The position numbers and the translations under genes were made by a program. A DNA stretch of 32,000 bases from Prochlorococcus sp. MIT 0801 (GTDB lineage: Bacteria > Cyanobacteriota > Cyanobacteriia > PCC-6307 > Cyanobiaceae): contig NZ_CP007754.1 of the NCBI RefSeq assembly GCF_000757865.1, positions 60,001-92,000 on the forward strand, given 5' to 3'. Numbering within the stretch: position 1 is the stretch's first letter; the number at the start of each line of letters is the position of its first letter. Below are positions 1 through 10,600 of the stretch, one piece after another. The notes beneath the pieces are model-generated. The model worked only from the letters and a program-made list of their open reading frames with translations. It did no database searches and was not told the DNA's origin.

Positions 1-2169
1 GATAATTTTTGGTCATCTGGAGCTACAGGACCTTGCGGTCCATGTTCGGAACTTTATTTTGATTTTAAACCCGAGTTAGGAAGTGATGAAATAGATCTTG
101 AAGACGATAGTCGATTTATAGAATTTTATAATTTGGTTTTTATGCAATACAACCGCGACTTAAAGGGCAATCTTGAACCATTGGCGAATTGTCATATTGA
201 TACAGGAATGGGCTTAGAAAGAATGGCTCAAATTTTGCAGGGCAAATCTAATAATTATGAAACGGATCTTATTTTTCCTCTCATTGAGGCAGCGGCTTTA
301 TTAGCTCAAATTAAGTATGAAACTATAGATGAAAAAAATAAAACATCATTAAAAATTATTGGAGATCATTGCAGGGCTGTTACTCATTTAATTTGTGATG
401 GTGTAAGTGCTAGTAATCTAGGGCGAGGCTATATTCTTCGTCGTCTCATACGGCGTATGATTCGACATGGTCGACTGGTAGGCATTAATCAGCCGTTTTT
501 ACCTCAACTGGCTGAAATTGCTATTGAGTTGATGAAAAATGCTTATCCTCAATTACTTGAGAAAAAGAAAATTATTCTTAATGAGTTAAAAATAGAAGAA
601 TCTCGTTTCCTTGAAACGCTTGAACGGGGAGAGAAACTTTTGGCAGAGATAACAGCTCATGAATGTGATCTTATCTCTGGAGCGCAGGCATTTGAGCTTT
701 ATGATACTTATGGTTTTCCTTTGGAATTAACAGAAGAGATCGCGAATGAAAAAGGTATTTCTGTTGATACTAATGGTTTTGAGAATGAGATGGCACAGCA
801 ACGTAAACGTGCAAAAGAGGCTTCTGTCAGTATTGATTTAACTGAAGAAGGTTCAATTGAAAGAGAAATTTCTTTATTTGATGAAACAAGATTTCAGGGC
901 TATGAAAAATTAGAAACCATTTCAACTGTGATAGGCATTTTTAAAAATAATGAATCAGTGAAACAAGCTGTTCAGGGTGATTTAGTAAAGATTATTGTTA
1001 ATAGAACGCCTTTTTATGCTGAGTCGGGTGGCCAAATAGGAGATAAAGGCTTAATAACGTCTAAGAATCTTGAGGTATCCATCGAAAATGTTAGAAAAAA
1101 GAAGAATATTTATATTCATTCTGGATGTGTTAACACTGGAGTTCTAAAAGTTAACTCATCTGTTCAGATGAATGTTACTCCATCTTTTCGTCAACGAACT
1201 ACATCAAATCACACTGCTACACATCTATTACAATCAGCTTTAAAGTTATCTATTGACTCAAGTATAAGTCAAAGAGGCTCTTTAGTTTCAAATCATCGAT
1301 TGAGATTTGATTTTAATGCTCCACAACCTTTGACAATAAAAGAACTTGAAGATGTGGAAGTACGAATAAATCAATGGATTAACGAAGATCATCCAATTCA
1401 GATTAAAACAATGCCAATTAAGAAGGCTATGGCTATTGGTGCTTTGGCAATGTTTGGTGAGAAATATGGTGACGTAGTACGTGTTGTAGATGTTCCAGGC
1501 GTTTCTATGGAGTTATGCGGAGGAACCCATGTGACTCGCACGTCACAATTAGGTACATTTAAGATTATTAATGAGACAGGTATTGCTTCAGGTGTCAGAC
1601 GAATAGAGGCCATAGCGGGTCCATCAGTTTTAGATTATTTTAATGAACGTGATTTGGTAGTTAAGGAGTTAAGTAAATCATTCAAAGTTCAATCATATGA
1701 AATTGTTGAGAGAGTCTCATCTCTTCAACTGGAATTGAAAGATAAAACAAAAGAACTTATCAAAGTAAAAAATGAACTCGCTTTGGCGAAGGCACTGGGT
1801 TTAGCGAGTTATGCAAAATCTGTTGGTAAGAGTAAATTATTAATTAGACGTTTAGATGGAATTGACGGATCTGGATTGCAATCTGCTGCTTCAAGTTTGA
1901 TAGATCATTTAGGCAAGTACTCTGCTGTTATTTTTGGAGGCATTCCAAATCAGGAGATTGATAATAAATTAGTCTTTGTTGCGGCATTTTCTCCTGATTT
2001 AGTCTCAGATGGTTTACATGCAGGCAAATTTATAAGCGGGGTTGCAAAAATGTGTGGTGGTGGTGGTGGTGGTCGTCCAAATCTCGCCCAAGCTGGTGGT
2101 AGTCAACCTCAATCGTTGGATCTAGCTTTAGAAAAAGCTAATGAGGATTTGACTCAACAATTCTCTTAA
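1..2169 (+). CDS. alaS: Alanine--tRNA ligase, 5'-truncated by the window edge
   Basis: Frame 1 is open from base 1 (DNFWSSGATGPCGPCSELYFDF...) and continues into the tracked ORF at 133. Editing-domain motifs HTATHLL and CGGTHV are present, with a C-terminal GGGGGGRPNLAQAGG. Confidence 0.96.
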   Translation, partial: DNFWSSGATGPCGPCSELYFDFKPELGSDEIDLEDDSRFIEFYNLVFMQYNRDLKGNLEPLANCHIDTGMGLERMAQILQGKSNNYETDLIFPLIEAAALLAQIKYETIDEKNKTSLKIIGDHCRAVTHLICDGVSASNLGRGYILRRLIRRMIRHGRLVGINQPFLPQLAEIAIELMKNAYPQLLEKKKIILNELKIEESRFLETLERGEKLLAEITAHECDLISGAQAFELYDTYGFPLELTEEIANEKGISVDTNGFENEMAQQRKRAKEASVSIDLTEEGSIEREISLFDETRFQGYEKLETISTVIGIFKNNESVKQAVQGDLVKIIVNRTPFYAESGGQIGDKGLITSKNLEVSIENVRKKKNIYIHSGCVNTGVLKVNSSVQMNVTPSFRQRTTSNHTATHLLQSALKLSIDSSISQRGSLVSNHRLRFDFNAPQPLTIKELEDVEVRINQWINEDHPIQIKTMPIKKAMAIGALAMFGEKYGDVVRVVDVPGVSMELCGGTHVTRTSQLGTFKIINETGIASGVRRIEAIAGPSVLDYFNERDLVVKELSKSFKVQSYEIVERVSSLQLELKDKTKELIKVKNELALAKALGLASYAKSVGKSKLLIRRLDGIDGSGLQSAASSLIDHLGKYSAVIFGGIPNQEIDNKLVFVAAFSPDLVSDGLHAGKFISGVAKMCGGGGGGRPNLAQAGGSQPQSLDLALEKANEDLTQQFS

Positions 2170-2170
2170 T

Positions 2171-4114
2171 CTAGCTCTGTAGGTAAGTACTTTGTCGGAG
2201 GCTTGCCTCTACATGCTCTATTAGTTTTTGTGCATCATGGATTTTTAGATGCCCGCCTTGGATAGCTAATTCGCTTGATTTTCGTAATCGTTCTAATAAT
2301 ATTTCTGGATCATGTTCCAAATATTCAAGAACATTTGATTTTGTATTCCCACGAATGACATGCTCAACTTTATAGTTCCCTTTTTCTGTAAATCTTATAT
2401 GGACTGCATTTGTACTCCCAAATAAATTATGTAGATTTCCCATTACTTCTTGATAAGCGCCACCTAAGAAAAGACCAATTAGATATTTTTCGTCTTGATT
2501 AAATTCATGAAGAGGTAGCAAATTTTTAATTTTTCCATTATCAATAAATTGGTCAAGCTTTCCATCTGAATCACATGTTAAATCTGCAAAGTGACCAAGT
2601 TTTTTCGGTTCTTTGCTTAGCCGATGGATTGGCATAATTGGAAAAACTTGATCAATGGCCCAAGTGTCTGGAGCCGATCTAAATACGGAAAGGTTTGCGT
2701 AATACGTTACGGCTAAGCTTTCACTTAATTTCTTTAGTTCTTTAGGTAGAAGTATGTTTTTTGGTAACTGATTAACTATTGTTTTTGCACAGGCCCATGT
2801 CAACTGCTCAGCTTTTGCACGTTCAACTAAATCTATATAACCTAGTCGAAAAGCTGCAAGTGCATCTGCTTTAAATTTTAGAGAATCATTCCATGCTTCT
2901 TGTAGTTTGGCTAAATCTTCTTCTTGCTTAAGTTCTAGAGAATTTATATGGACTAATGTTTCACGTAAATTTCTGACAGAGAGACATTCTTTTTCGTCTT
3001 CTTTAGGAATGTCAGAAGGTAACGAATTTTTGCCTAGAATATTGAAGATTAAAATCGAAAAGTGACTCGCAATAGCTCTTCCACTCTCTGTGATTAAAGT
3101 GGGTAGTGGTATCTTTTTTGATTCACAACATTCTTTAATTGTTGCTACTACATCATTTGCATAATTTTGAAGTGAATAGTTAGTAGATGCTATTGAGGCA
3201 GTTTGACTTCCATCGTAATCAATTCCTAAACCACCTCCAACATCTAAGTATCCCATAGGTGCCCCAAGATTAATTAATTCGGCATAAATTTGTCCGGCTT
3301 CTTGTAAGGCATCTTTTAAAACACCTATATCATTAATTTGACTCCCTAGATGAAAATGTAAAAGCTTTAATTCATTGAGAAGATTTGCTTCTTTTAACCT
3401 TTTGATTGTTTTCAATATTTCTGGAATTGAAAGTCCAAATTTTGACTTGTCACCAATCGAGCTACTCCATCTCCCACTGCTTTGACTTGATAGCTTGGCT
3501 CGCATTCCTATGAGTGGAGATGCTCCCAGTAAATTACTAGATTTGATTATAAGATCAACATCACTTGCTTGTTCTATAACTACTATAGGTTGACGTCCAA
3601 GCTGACGTGCTAAAATAGCTGTTTCAATATAACGTTGATCTTTATAGCCGTTACATATGAGTAAGGCTTGAGGATCTTCTAGGATTGATAAAGCAATTAG
3701 TAACTCTGGCTTGCTTCCAGCTTCTAAGCCAAAATTCCATTTAGAACCACAGGTGATTAATTCTTCAACTACGTGACGCTGTTGATTACATTTGATTGGA
3801 AATACACCTTGGTATTTTCCTTGATATTGATAGTCATTAATCGCTTTTTCAAAAGCTTTGTGTAAGTTTTTTAAGCAGTCTTCGAGAATATCGTCAAATC
3901 TTATTAAGAGAGGAAATTTTAGTTTTCGACTTTCAAGTTCATCTAAGAGTTCCATCAAATCATGAGATTTATTTTTGGAACCGTTAGGACAAATACTAAT
4001 ATTCCCTTTTTCATTGATAGTGAAATAACCCTTTCCCCATCGATCAATTCCATAGAGCTCTGAGCTATTTTGGATAGTCCAAGAGAGAGATTGGTTAGTA
4101 TTTTTCACAGCCAT
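2171..4114 (-). CDS. speA: Biosynthetic arginine decarboxylase (PLP-dependent)
   Basis: 647 aa, with GVFPIKCNQ (PLP-lysine context) and DVGGGLGIDYDG motifs. Length and architecture are typical of SpeA. Confidence 0.94.
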   Translation of the reverse strand: MAVKNTNQSLSWTIQNSSELYGIDRWGKGYFTINEKGNISICPNGSKNKSHDLMELLDELESRKLKFPLLIRFDDILEDCLKNLHKAFEKAINDYQYQGKYQGVFPIKCNQQRHVVEELITCGSKWNFGLEAGSKPELLIALSILEDPQALLICNGYKDQRYIETAILARQLGRQPIVVIEQASDVDLIIKSSNLLGASPLIGMRAKLSSQSSGRWSSSIGDKSKFGLSIPEILKTIKRLKEANLLNELKLLHFHLGSQINDIGVLKDALQEAGQIYAELINLGAPMGYLDVGGGLGIDYDGSQTASIASTNYSLQNYANDVVATIKECCESKKIPLPTLITESGRAIASHFSILIFNILGKNSLPSDIPKEDEKECLSVRNLRETLVHINSLELKQEEDLAKLQEAWNDSLKFKADALAAFRLGYIDLVERAKAEQLTWACAKTIVNQLPKNILLPKELKKLSESLAVTYYANLSVFRSAPDTWAIDQVFPIMPIHRLSKEPKKLGHFADLTCDSDGKLDQFIDNGKIKNLLPLHEFNQDEKYLIGLFLGGAYQEVMGNLHNLFGSTNAVHIRFTEKGNYKVEHVIRGNTKSNVLEYLEHDPEILLERLRKSSELAIQGGHLKIHDAQKLIEHVEASLRQSTYLQS

Positions 4115-4256
4115 TTATGCGATAACAAAGTTGCCAAGTTTTGATCATTCACGATTAATACAATTAAATCTAAGAACAGTTTTATTAAGTGTCATGTTTT
4201 ACTTGCCAAGAGGGCAGTTTTAGGAAGACTATGGCTTCATATTATTGAATATCGCA

Positions 4257-4712
4257 ATGACTTTGGAAAGAACCTTTGTTGCTATCAAGCCAGATGGTGT
4301 GCAAAGAGGTTTAATCGCTGAGATTCTTGGTCGTTTTGAAACTAAAGGGTTCAAATTAGTAGGCCTAAAGCAACTAAAACCAAGCAAAGAACTTGCTGAA
4401 AAACACTACGGTGTTCACAAAGATCGTCCTTTCTTTTCAGGTTTAGTTGATTTCATAACAAGTGGACCTGTTATAGCTATGGTTTGGGAGGGTGAAGGTG
4501 TTATTGCAAGTGCGAGAAAATTGATTGGAGCAACAAAGCCTCTTGAGGCAGAACCTGGAACTATTAGAGGTGATTTAGCGGTGAATATTGGTCGTAATGT
4601 CATTCATGGTTCTGATGGTTCTGAGACGGCAGTTTTTGAAATCAACTTATGGTTCCAAGAAAATGAACTTGTTGATTGGACTCCATCAGATCAAGTATGG
4701 AGAGTTGAATAA
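4257..4712 (+). CDS. ndk: Nucleoside diphosphate kinase
   Basis: [19 protein letters not shown]... and NVIHGSDG (active-site His). I prefer the ATG at 4257 to the TTG at 4245 used by the ORF track. Confidence 0.96.
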   Translation: MTLERTFVAIKPDGVQRGLIAEILGRFETKGFKLVGLKQLKPSKELAEKHYGVHKDRPFFSGLVDFITSGPVIAMVWEGEGVIASARKLIGATKPLEAEPGTIRGDLAVNIGRNVIHGSDGSETAVFEINLWFQENELVDWTPSDQVWRVE

Positions 4713-4750
4713 ATTATTTTTGAACTTCAAAAGCTTTTTGTTAGTGGTTT

Positions 4751-5854
4751 TTAAAATCTGTCCCAACTGAATTGGGACATAAAAGTACTTTCTTCATTAT
4801 TTAAAGGGATCGAGCAAATTGATTTGCCTATTAATTCTGAAGTTATCGCGGCCAATAGAACCCCATTGCGATGATGCCCTGTAGCAAGCCAGAGACCATT
4901 AATTGATGACATTCCCATTAATGGTTCTTCGTCTGGTGTGCATGGACGAAAACCCCACCATCTCTCCATATGAGGTAATTGATTAAGTTCAGGAATAAGA
5001 GATTGAATTCCTTTTTTTAGATCGCTTTGTCCTTTTGGAGTCAGTCCTTTCTGGAAGCCTGCCTCACGCTCACTAGTTGCACCTACGATTATTAGACCGT
5101 CATCTCTTGGAACCAAGTAAATGCCAGGCCCAAAAACAATTCTTTTCAGGATCTGTTTTGGCCCCTGAATAGATAACATCTGGCCTTTAACAGGAAAAAT
5201 AGGGAGTGTTTTAAAAATTTGTTTGCTCCAAGCTCCGCAGCAGAGAACTCCTTTTTCGCTTTTTAAATGCTTGATATTTCCATTAATGTCTTTAATTTTG
5301 ACTCCATGAAATGCGCCTGATTCTTTCAGGATTTCAATAACTTCTACTCCTTCTTGAAAGTGAACACCTAATTCAACACAAGCTTTTTCAAGTGCTCTCA
5401 TTAAAAGTCTTCGATTATCGATTTGACCGTCTTGTCTAAAAAGTAAACCTGCTTTCCATTTCTCTGAGAGTCCAGGAACTTCTCTAAGGAGCTCATTCTT
5501 TTTTAGCTTTTCACCAAATTTGTAAGTTGGGTAGGATTCACATTCTTTCTGGTTTTCAAACGGAACAACAATTCCGCAAGTTTTGAGACCACATGACATT
5601 TTGCTATTTGACTCAATGCTTTTTATCCATGCTGGGTGTCTTCGAAGACTAGTTTGACCAAGATTTAATAAATTACCTTGCAACCCTTCAGCATGAGGAG
5701 CAAGCATTCCAGCGGCAACAAAGCCTGCGGCTTCGTTTCTGCTTCTACTTAAAACTTCTACATGTTTGCCTCTTTGAGCAAGTTCATGGGCTATTGCAAG
5801 ACCCATTAATCCTCCTCCGAGGATTAACAATGGTTTTTCATTTAAGCCACCCAT
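4751..5854 (-). CDS. thiO: FAD-dependent glycine oxidase / DAO-family oxidoreductase (thiamine biosynthesis type)
   Basis: N-terminal Rossmann motif LILGGGLMGLAIAHELAQRG, 367 aa, DAO-family layout. The position between ndk and gatB matches what I recall for picocyanobacteria. Confidence 0.75.
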   Translation of the reverse strand: MGGLNEKPLLILGGGLMGLAIAHELAQRGKHVEVLSRSRNEAAGFVAAGMLAPHAEGLQGNLLNLGQTSLRRHPAWIKSIESNSKMSCGLKTCGIVVPFENQKECESYPTYKFGEKLKKNELLREVPGLSEKWKAGLLFRQDGQIDNRRLLMRALEKACVELGVHFQEGVEVIEILKESGAFHGVKIKDINGNIKHLKSEKGVLCCGAWSKQIFKTLPIFPVKGQMLSIQGPKQILKRIVFGPGIYLVPRDDGLIIVGATSEREAGFQKGLTPKGQSDLKKGIQSLIPELNQLPHMERWWGFRPCTPDEEPLMGMSSINGLWLATGHHRNGVLLAAITSELIGKSICSIPLNNEESTFMSQFSWDRF

Positions 5855-5953
5855 TGCTTGAATTTAGAAAATGTTATTTTCAATGTTTTAGATTACGTTA
5901 GCTTCCATGACAGAGCTTTTCTTTCATAAGATTCACATATCTAGGTCAAATTA

Positions 5954-7429
5954 ATGACAGAATCCAATGTTTCATGGGAAGTGGTAATCGGATTAGAGAC
6001 GCATGTGCAGTTGGGGACTAATAGCAAAATATTTACCAGCGCATCAACAAATTTTGGTGACGATCCAAATACTCATATCGACCCAGTTGTTTGCGGATTA
6101 CCAGGCACTTTACCAGTTTTAAATAAGAAGGTTTTGGAATATGCAGTAAAAGCAGCAATGGCTTTGAATCTAAATATTGCTTCTCATAGCAAATTTGATA
6201 GAAAGCAATATTTTTATCCAGACCTACCAAAAAACTATCAAATATCTCAGTTTGATGAACCTATTGCAGAAGATGGTTGGATAGAGGTAGAAGTGGCTGA
6301 AAAAGGCAAAGAAACTTATGTCAAAAAAATAGGTATTGAAAGACTACATATGGAGGAGGATGCGGGAAAACTTGTTCACGCAGGTAGTGATCAATTGTCA
6401 GGTTCCACACATTCTTTGGTTGATTACAATAGGGCAGGTGTGGCACTAGCTGAAATAGTTAGTAAACCTGATTTAAGAACAGGTAGAGAGGCTGCGGAAT
6501 ATGCAGCTGAGATTAGAAGAATAATGCGTTATTTGGGAGTATCTGATGGGAACATGCAGGAAGGTTCTTTGCGTTGTGATGTGAATATTTCAGTCAGACC
6601 GACTGTTAACGACCCATTTGGCACAAAAGTAGAAATAAAAAATATGAATTCATTTTCGGCTATTCAGAAAGCTTGTGAATATGAAATTAAACGGCAAATA
6701 AAAGCTTATGAATCCGGAGAAGAAGTAAAACAAGAAACGAGGTTATGGGATGAAGGTAAGCAACTGACTAAAAGTATGAGATCCAAAGAAGGCAGTAGCG
6801 ATTATCGTTATTTTCCTGATCCTGATTTAGGTCCGATAGAAGTCAGTAATGATTTAAAAGAAAAATGGCGTTCAGAATTACCAGAATTGCCAGCTGCAAA
6901 AAGAAATAGATATTCAGCAGAGCTCGGTCTTTCTATTTATGATGCACGAGTTTTGACTGATGAATCTTCAATGGCTAAATACTTTGAGAAAGTTGTTAAT
7001 GAAGGTGGGGCAGCAAAATCTTCAGCAAATTGGATAACAGGAGATATAGCAGCCTATATAAAGTCTAATAAATTATCATTTGATCAATTAACCTTTAAGC
7101 CAAATGAATTAGCAGAAATGTTAAAAATGATTGATTCTGGAGAAATAAGTGGAAAAATCGCGAAAGACATTTTACCTGAACTATTAAATAACGGTGGTTC
7201 CCCAAAGCAATTAGTCCAAGAACGTGGTTTAGGTATGATTGGTGATCCAAAAGTGATTGAAGAAATTATTGATCAATTGATCGTTAGGCATCCTAATGAG
7301 GTTGAATCTTTCAGGGCTGGGAAGAAGAAACTTTTAGGTTTTTTTGTTGGTCAATTAATGAAGGAAACAAAAGGGAAAGCGGATCCAAAACTCGCAAATC
7401 AAATATTAAATAAAAAATTACAAGGTTAG
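5954..7429 (+). CDS. gatB: Asp-tRNA(Asn)/Glu-tRNA(Gln) amidotransferase subunit B
   Basis: VIGLETHVQL, HMEEDAGKL and a C-terminal GatB/YqeY tail; 491 aa. Confidence 0.96.
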   Translation: MTESNVSWEVVIGLETHVQLGTNSKIFTSASTNFGDDPNTHIDPVVCGLPGTLPVLNKKVLEYAVKAAMALNLNIASHSKFDRKQYFYPDLPKNYQISQFDEPIAEDGWIEVEVAEKGKETYVKKIGIERLHMEEDAGKLVHAGSDQLSGSTHSLVDYNRAGVALAEIVSKPDLRTGREAAEYAAEIRRIMRYLGVSDGNMQEGSLRCDVNISVRPTVNDPFGTKVEIKNMNSFSAIQKACEYEIKRQIKAYESGEEVKQETRLWDEGKQLTKSMRSKEGSSDYRYFPDPDLGPIEVSNDLKEKWRSELPELPAAKRNRYSAELGLSIYDARVLTDESSMAKYFEKVVNEGGAAKSSANWITGDIAAYIKSNKLSFDQLTFKPNELAEMLKMIDSGEISGKIAKDILPELLNNGGSPKQLVQERGLGMIGDPKVIEEIIDQLIVRHPNEVESFRAGKKKLLGFFVGQLMKETKGKADPKLANQILNKKLQG

Positions 7430-8070
7430 AAATTATATAATTTTTTTAATTGCACTTTCCAAGTCTCATCATCATTAGAATTATTAATTACATAATCTGC
7501 AAATTGTTTTTTTAAAGAGTTCTCCCATTGTGCATCAATTCTTTGATTTGCCTCCTTAAGACTTAAATTATCTCTTGACTGAAGTCTCTTTAATTGCATG
7601 TTCCTAGGGCACTCTATGTAACAAATCTCACTACATAAACCTGTATAATTCTTTTCAAATAGGAGTGGAATGATCAAAATTACAATTGAATTTGATTTCA
7701 ATTTCTCTAATTCTTCTTCAATTCTTTTGTTGACGAATGGATGTATTACTCCCTCCAGCCATTTTTTTTCAATTTCATTTTGAAAAACTATTTTGGCTAA
7801 TGCTTTGCGATTAATAATTTGATCATTTTGACTTGAATTTTTAATTATTTTACTTCCATATCTCAAAAAGACTTTTTTGGCTATTTGACTTTCAGCACTT
7901 AATGCTTCATGAGCGTATAAGTCAGCGTCTAAAATAGGCCATTGCTTGGCTTGAAATAGAAAATCTCCAATGATTGTTTTTCCACTGGCGATACCTCCAG
8001 TGATGCCTATTCTTCTTTGCCTGCCTTTCCATCTAAGACAAAGTTTGTTTGTTTGTTTTTGGTCAATCAT
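7426..8070 (-). CDS. coaE: Dephospho-CoA kinase
   Basis: P-loop GITGGIASGKT; 214 aa. Its stop codon overlaps the gatB stop on the opposite strand. Confidence 0.88.
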   Translation of the reverse strand: MIDQKQTNKLCLRWKGRQRRIGITGGIASGKTIIGDFLFQAKQWPILDADLYAHEALSAESQIAKKVFLRYGSKIIKNSSQNDQIINRKALAKIVFQNEIEKKWLEGVIHPFVNKRIEEELEKLKSNSIVILIIPLLFEKNYTGLCSEICYIECPRNMQLKRLQSRDNLSLKEANQRIDAQWENSLKKQFADYVINNSNDDETWKVQLKKLYNF

Positions 8071-8085
8071 TAATATTGATAGTAA

Positions 8086-9348
8086 GTGAAAAATGCTCTT
8101 CTGAATTTGAGTCTTTTGACATCTTCTGTATGGTCTCCAATATCTGGTGGTATTACTGCCCCTGATGGTTTTTTAGCAGCTGGCATTTCCGCAGGATTGA
8201 AGCCTTCTGGGAGGAAAGATCTTGCTTTGCTATATGCACCTGATGGTGCTTGTTGCAGTGGGACATTTACTCAATCAGTCACTCGTGCTTATTGCGTGGA
8301 TCTATGTATTGATCGAATCAAGGCATCTGAGGGAAAAATACGTGCTGTAATTATTAACTCTGGACACGCAAATGCTTGTACAGGTAATCGAGGCAAAATT
8401 GATAGTGAACTGATCACACATGAGCTTGCTAAACGCTTGGGATTATCTAATGAAGAAGTTTTAATATGTTCCACCGGTGTGATTGGAGAGGCAATACCTG
8501 TTGAAAAGGTTCATAGTCACTTGGATCAACTTGTAAACAGTTTAGATAAGGAGGCATACCTGGATGCAGCAAATGCAATTTTGACAACTGATCTTCAGGT
8601 AAAGCAAATTGCATATCAAGCAGTTTTAGGAGGAAGACGAATATCTATTGGAGGAATGGCTAAAGGTTCAGGTATGATTCATCCTTCAATGGCAACAATG
8701 TTGAGTTATCTTACCTGTGATGCAGGAGTAGATCATGTTTTATGGTCAGATATGATAAAGCGTGTTGCAGAATCATCTTTTAATTCCATTACAGTTGATG
8801 GAGATACGAGTACTAATGACACTTTTTTAGCTTTTTCTTCTGGAGCAGAATTAGATCCAAGATATTTATCAATCCTTGAAGAGGGACTGTATTTAACAGC
8901 TCAACACTTGGCTAGAGCTATTGCAAGGGATGGAGAAGGGGCTAATTGTTTGATTGAGATAAAGGTTGAAGGTGCTTCAAGTGATTTAGATGCTCGTGTC
9001 ATAGCTCGTACAATTGCTTCATCTTCTTTGGTTAAAACTGCAGTCAATGGTTCCGACCCTAATTGGGGAAGAATTATTGCTGCACTTGGTCGTGCAGGTA
9101 CTTCTTTTAATTTCAATGATGTCAAATTATGGATTGGACCTTATGAAATATTTTCTAATGGCACACCTTTGGATTTTGATAAACAAATTGTGAGTAAGTT
9201 TATGAAAGCAAGATTAACAGGCAAATATTTGATCGATGATCTTATCAGGATCAGATTAAGGATAGGGAAAGGAATAGGCTCGGCTACTGCTTGGGGATGT
9301 GATTTGTCTGAGCAATATGTCCATATCAATGCCGACTATACAACGTAA
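8086..9348 (+). CDS. argJ: Bifunctional ornithine acetyltransferase / N-acetylglutamate synthase
   Basis: GITAPDGFLAAGISAGLK, autoprocessing-site context PSMATMLSYLTCDA and SDPNWGRI; 420 aa. The start is a GTG 15 bp from the divergent coaE start. Confidence 0.94.
   Translation: MKNALLNLSLLTSSVWSPISGGITAPDGFLAAGISAGLKPSGRKDLALLYAPDGACCSGTFTQSVTRAYCVDLCIDRIKASEGKIRAVIINSGHANACTGNRGKIDSELITHELAKRLGLSNEEVLICSTGVIGEAIPVEKVHSHLDQLVNSLDKEAYLDAANAILTTDLQVKQIAYQAVLGGRRISIGGMAKGSGMIHPSMATMLSYLTCDAGVDHVLWSDMIKRVAESSFNSITVDGDTSTNDTFLAFSSGAELDPRYLSILEEGLYLTAQHLARAIARDGEGANCLIEIKVEGASSDLDARVIARTIASSSLVKTAVNGSDPNWGRIIAALGRAGTSFNFNDVKLWIGPYEIFSNGTPLDFDKQIVSKFMKARLTGKYLIDDLIRIRLRIGKGIGSATAWGCDLSEQYVHINADYTT
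9325..9348 (+). repeat. R0: authentic argJ 3' terminus, reference copy of the att-like core
   Basis: ATCAATGCCGACTATACAACGTAA. Four degenerate direct copies lie downstream. Confidence 0.8.
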
Positions 9349-9392
9349 GTAAGACCCATTGCAGCACAGTGGATCTCAGCGATAAGTATAGC

Positions 9393-9417
9393 AAATAAAA
9401 CACTAATAAAACAGTGA
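9393..9417 (+). repeat. B-repeat copy 1 (AAATAAAACACTAATAAAACAGTGA), followed by TTATGACTGGGATTTGG
   Basis: The same 25-mer recurs at 11998 and 12058, always within about 100 nt of an argJ-terminus copy. Confidence 0.75.
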
Positions 9418-9468
9418 CGTCGTTATGACTGGGATTTGGTCAAAAAAAGCGGTTTTTATTTTGGTGTT

Positions 9469-10587
9469 TTAAAAAAATGATGTCTCTATACCACTCTTTT
9501 CTTTGAGTTCGGCAAGAGAATGAACTTCTATTTTGGAAGTGTACCAATTTTCTGTTTTACCTTTAACTAGTCCAACTTCTGTTCTTAACCATTTTTTCAA
9601 TTTTTTCTCGATTGCCTCTAGTTCATTACCATCATGTGGTCCTTTTGTTTGAAGTTCACTCCAACCCCTATCAGAGTGATATCTAATTCTCTCTTTAATA
9701 TGATTGGTAATGCCAAATTGTTGTTCCCCTTCTCTTTTCATCAAATAAAACCAAGTAGGTTTATCAGGATCGAACCCATATTCCGCACAGGTACGACAAC
9801 CCGTTCCCTCCCTTGTTCTCTTGTCAACTGCTGCCTCCCAAGTATGTCCCTTTAGGCATTTCCATGGCATCTTTTTTTTACTACCAAAAAGCACAGTTGA
9901 CGGATCCCATCCATCTGCCTCCTTTGCAATCTCTGGACTCTTGCTCTGGAGGTCATTGAAACCAACACAAAGTTTTTTACCAGCGCAAAACGGACAACTG
10001 TTTCCGTTCTTGGTTCTTTTGTAAACAGATGCCTCCCACTTGTGTCCCTTAGCGCATTGCCAAGGCATTTTTTTTAAAGCACCAGCAAGCACAGTTGAAG
10101 GATCCCAACCATCTGCTTCTTTTGCAATTTTTGGAAACTTGGTTAGTAGGTCATTAAATCGAATCCATACTTTTCTATTCGCACAAAATGGACAACTACT
10201 CTTTTTTGCTCTAGTCCTTTGAGCAGGGGTATTAATCCATTTGTGTCCCTTTATGCATTTCCAAGATAATCGTTTAGAGGAACCTGCCGTAACATACGAA
10301 GGATCCCAACCATCTGCTTCTTTTGCAATTTCTGGAAACTTGGTTAGTAGGTCATTAAAACCCCTACAGATTTTATGTTGATTACTGCATACAGGACAGA
10401 CTGATCCCACTCGGGTTCTTTTATAAACCGATGCCTCCCATTTGTGTCCCTTTATGCATTTCCAAGATAATCGTTTAGAAGAACCTGAAACAACAGTAGA
10501 CGCATCCCACCCATCTGCCTCCGCTGCTACTTCAGGATGCAGCGTTAATAAATCATTTACACCAACAATTACTTTTTCTTGAAGCAT
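9469..10587 (-). CDS. Protein with four zinc-ribbon repeats (DUF4379-like) and a C-terminal GIY-YIG/T5orf172-like domain
   Basis: Four repeats of about 75 aa follow the pattern FNDLLTKFPEIAKEADGWDPS...WKC.KGHKWEA.V..RT....CP.C. The tail reads WFYLMKREGEQQFGITNHIKERIRYH. The DNA itself is internally repetitive. Confidence 0.7.
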   Translation of the reverse strand: MLQEKVIVGVNDLLTLHPEVAAEADGWDASTVVSGSSKRLSWKCIKGHKWEASVYKRTRVGSVCPVCSNQHKICRGFNDLLTKFPEIAKEADGWDPSYVTAGSSKRLSWKCIKGHKWINTPAQRTRAKKSSCPFCANRKVWIRFNDLLTKFPKIAKEADGWDPSTVLAGALKKMPWQCAKGHKWEASVYKRTKNGNSCPFCAGKKLCVGFNDLQSKSPEIAKEADGWDPSTVLFGSKKKMPWKCLKGHTWEAAVDKRTREGTGCRTCAEYGFDPDKPTWFYLMKREGEQQFGITNHIKERIRYHSDRGWSELQTKGPHDGNELEAIEKKLKKWLRTEVGLVKGKTENWYTSKIEVHSLAELKEKSGIETSFF

Positions 10588-10600
10588 AACTAATGTTAGT

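Noticed and set aside
1398-10222. Short ORFs antisense to or overlapping well-supported genes: 1398..1613, 4415..4603, 4588..4770, 6033..6230, 8289..8474, 8901..9125, 9141..9329, 9634..9855, 9821..10024 and 10040..10222.
   Set aside because: Each lies inside a gene with strong family motifs on the other strand or frame, and none has a recognisable motif of its own.
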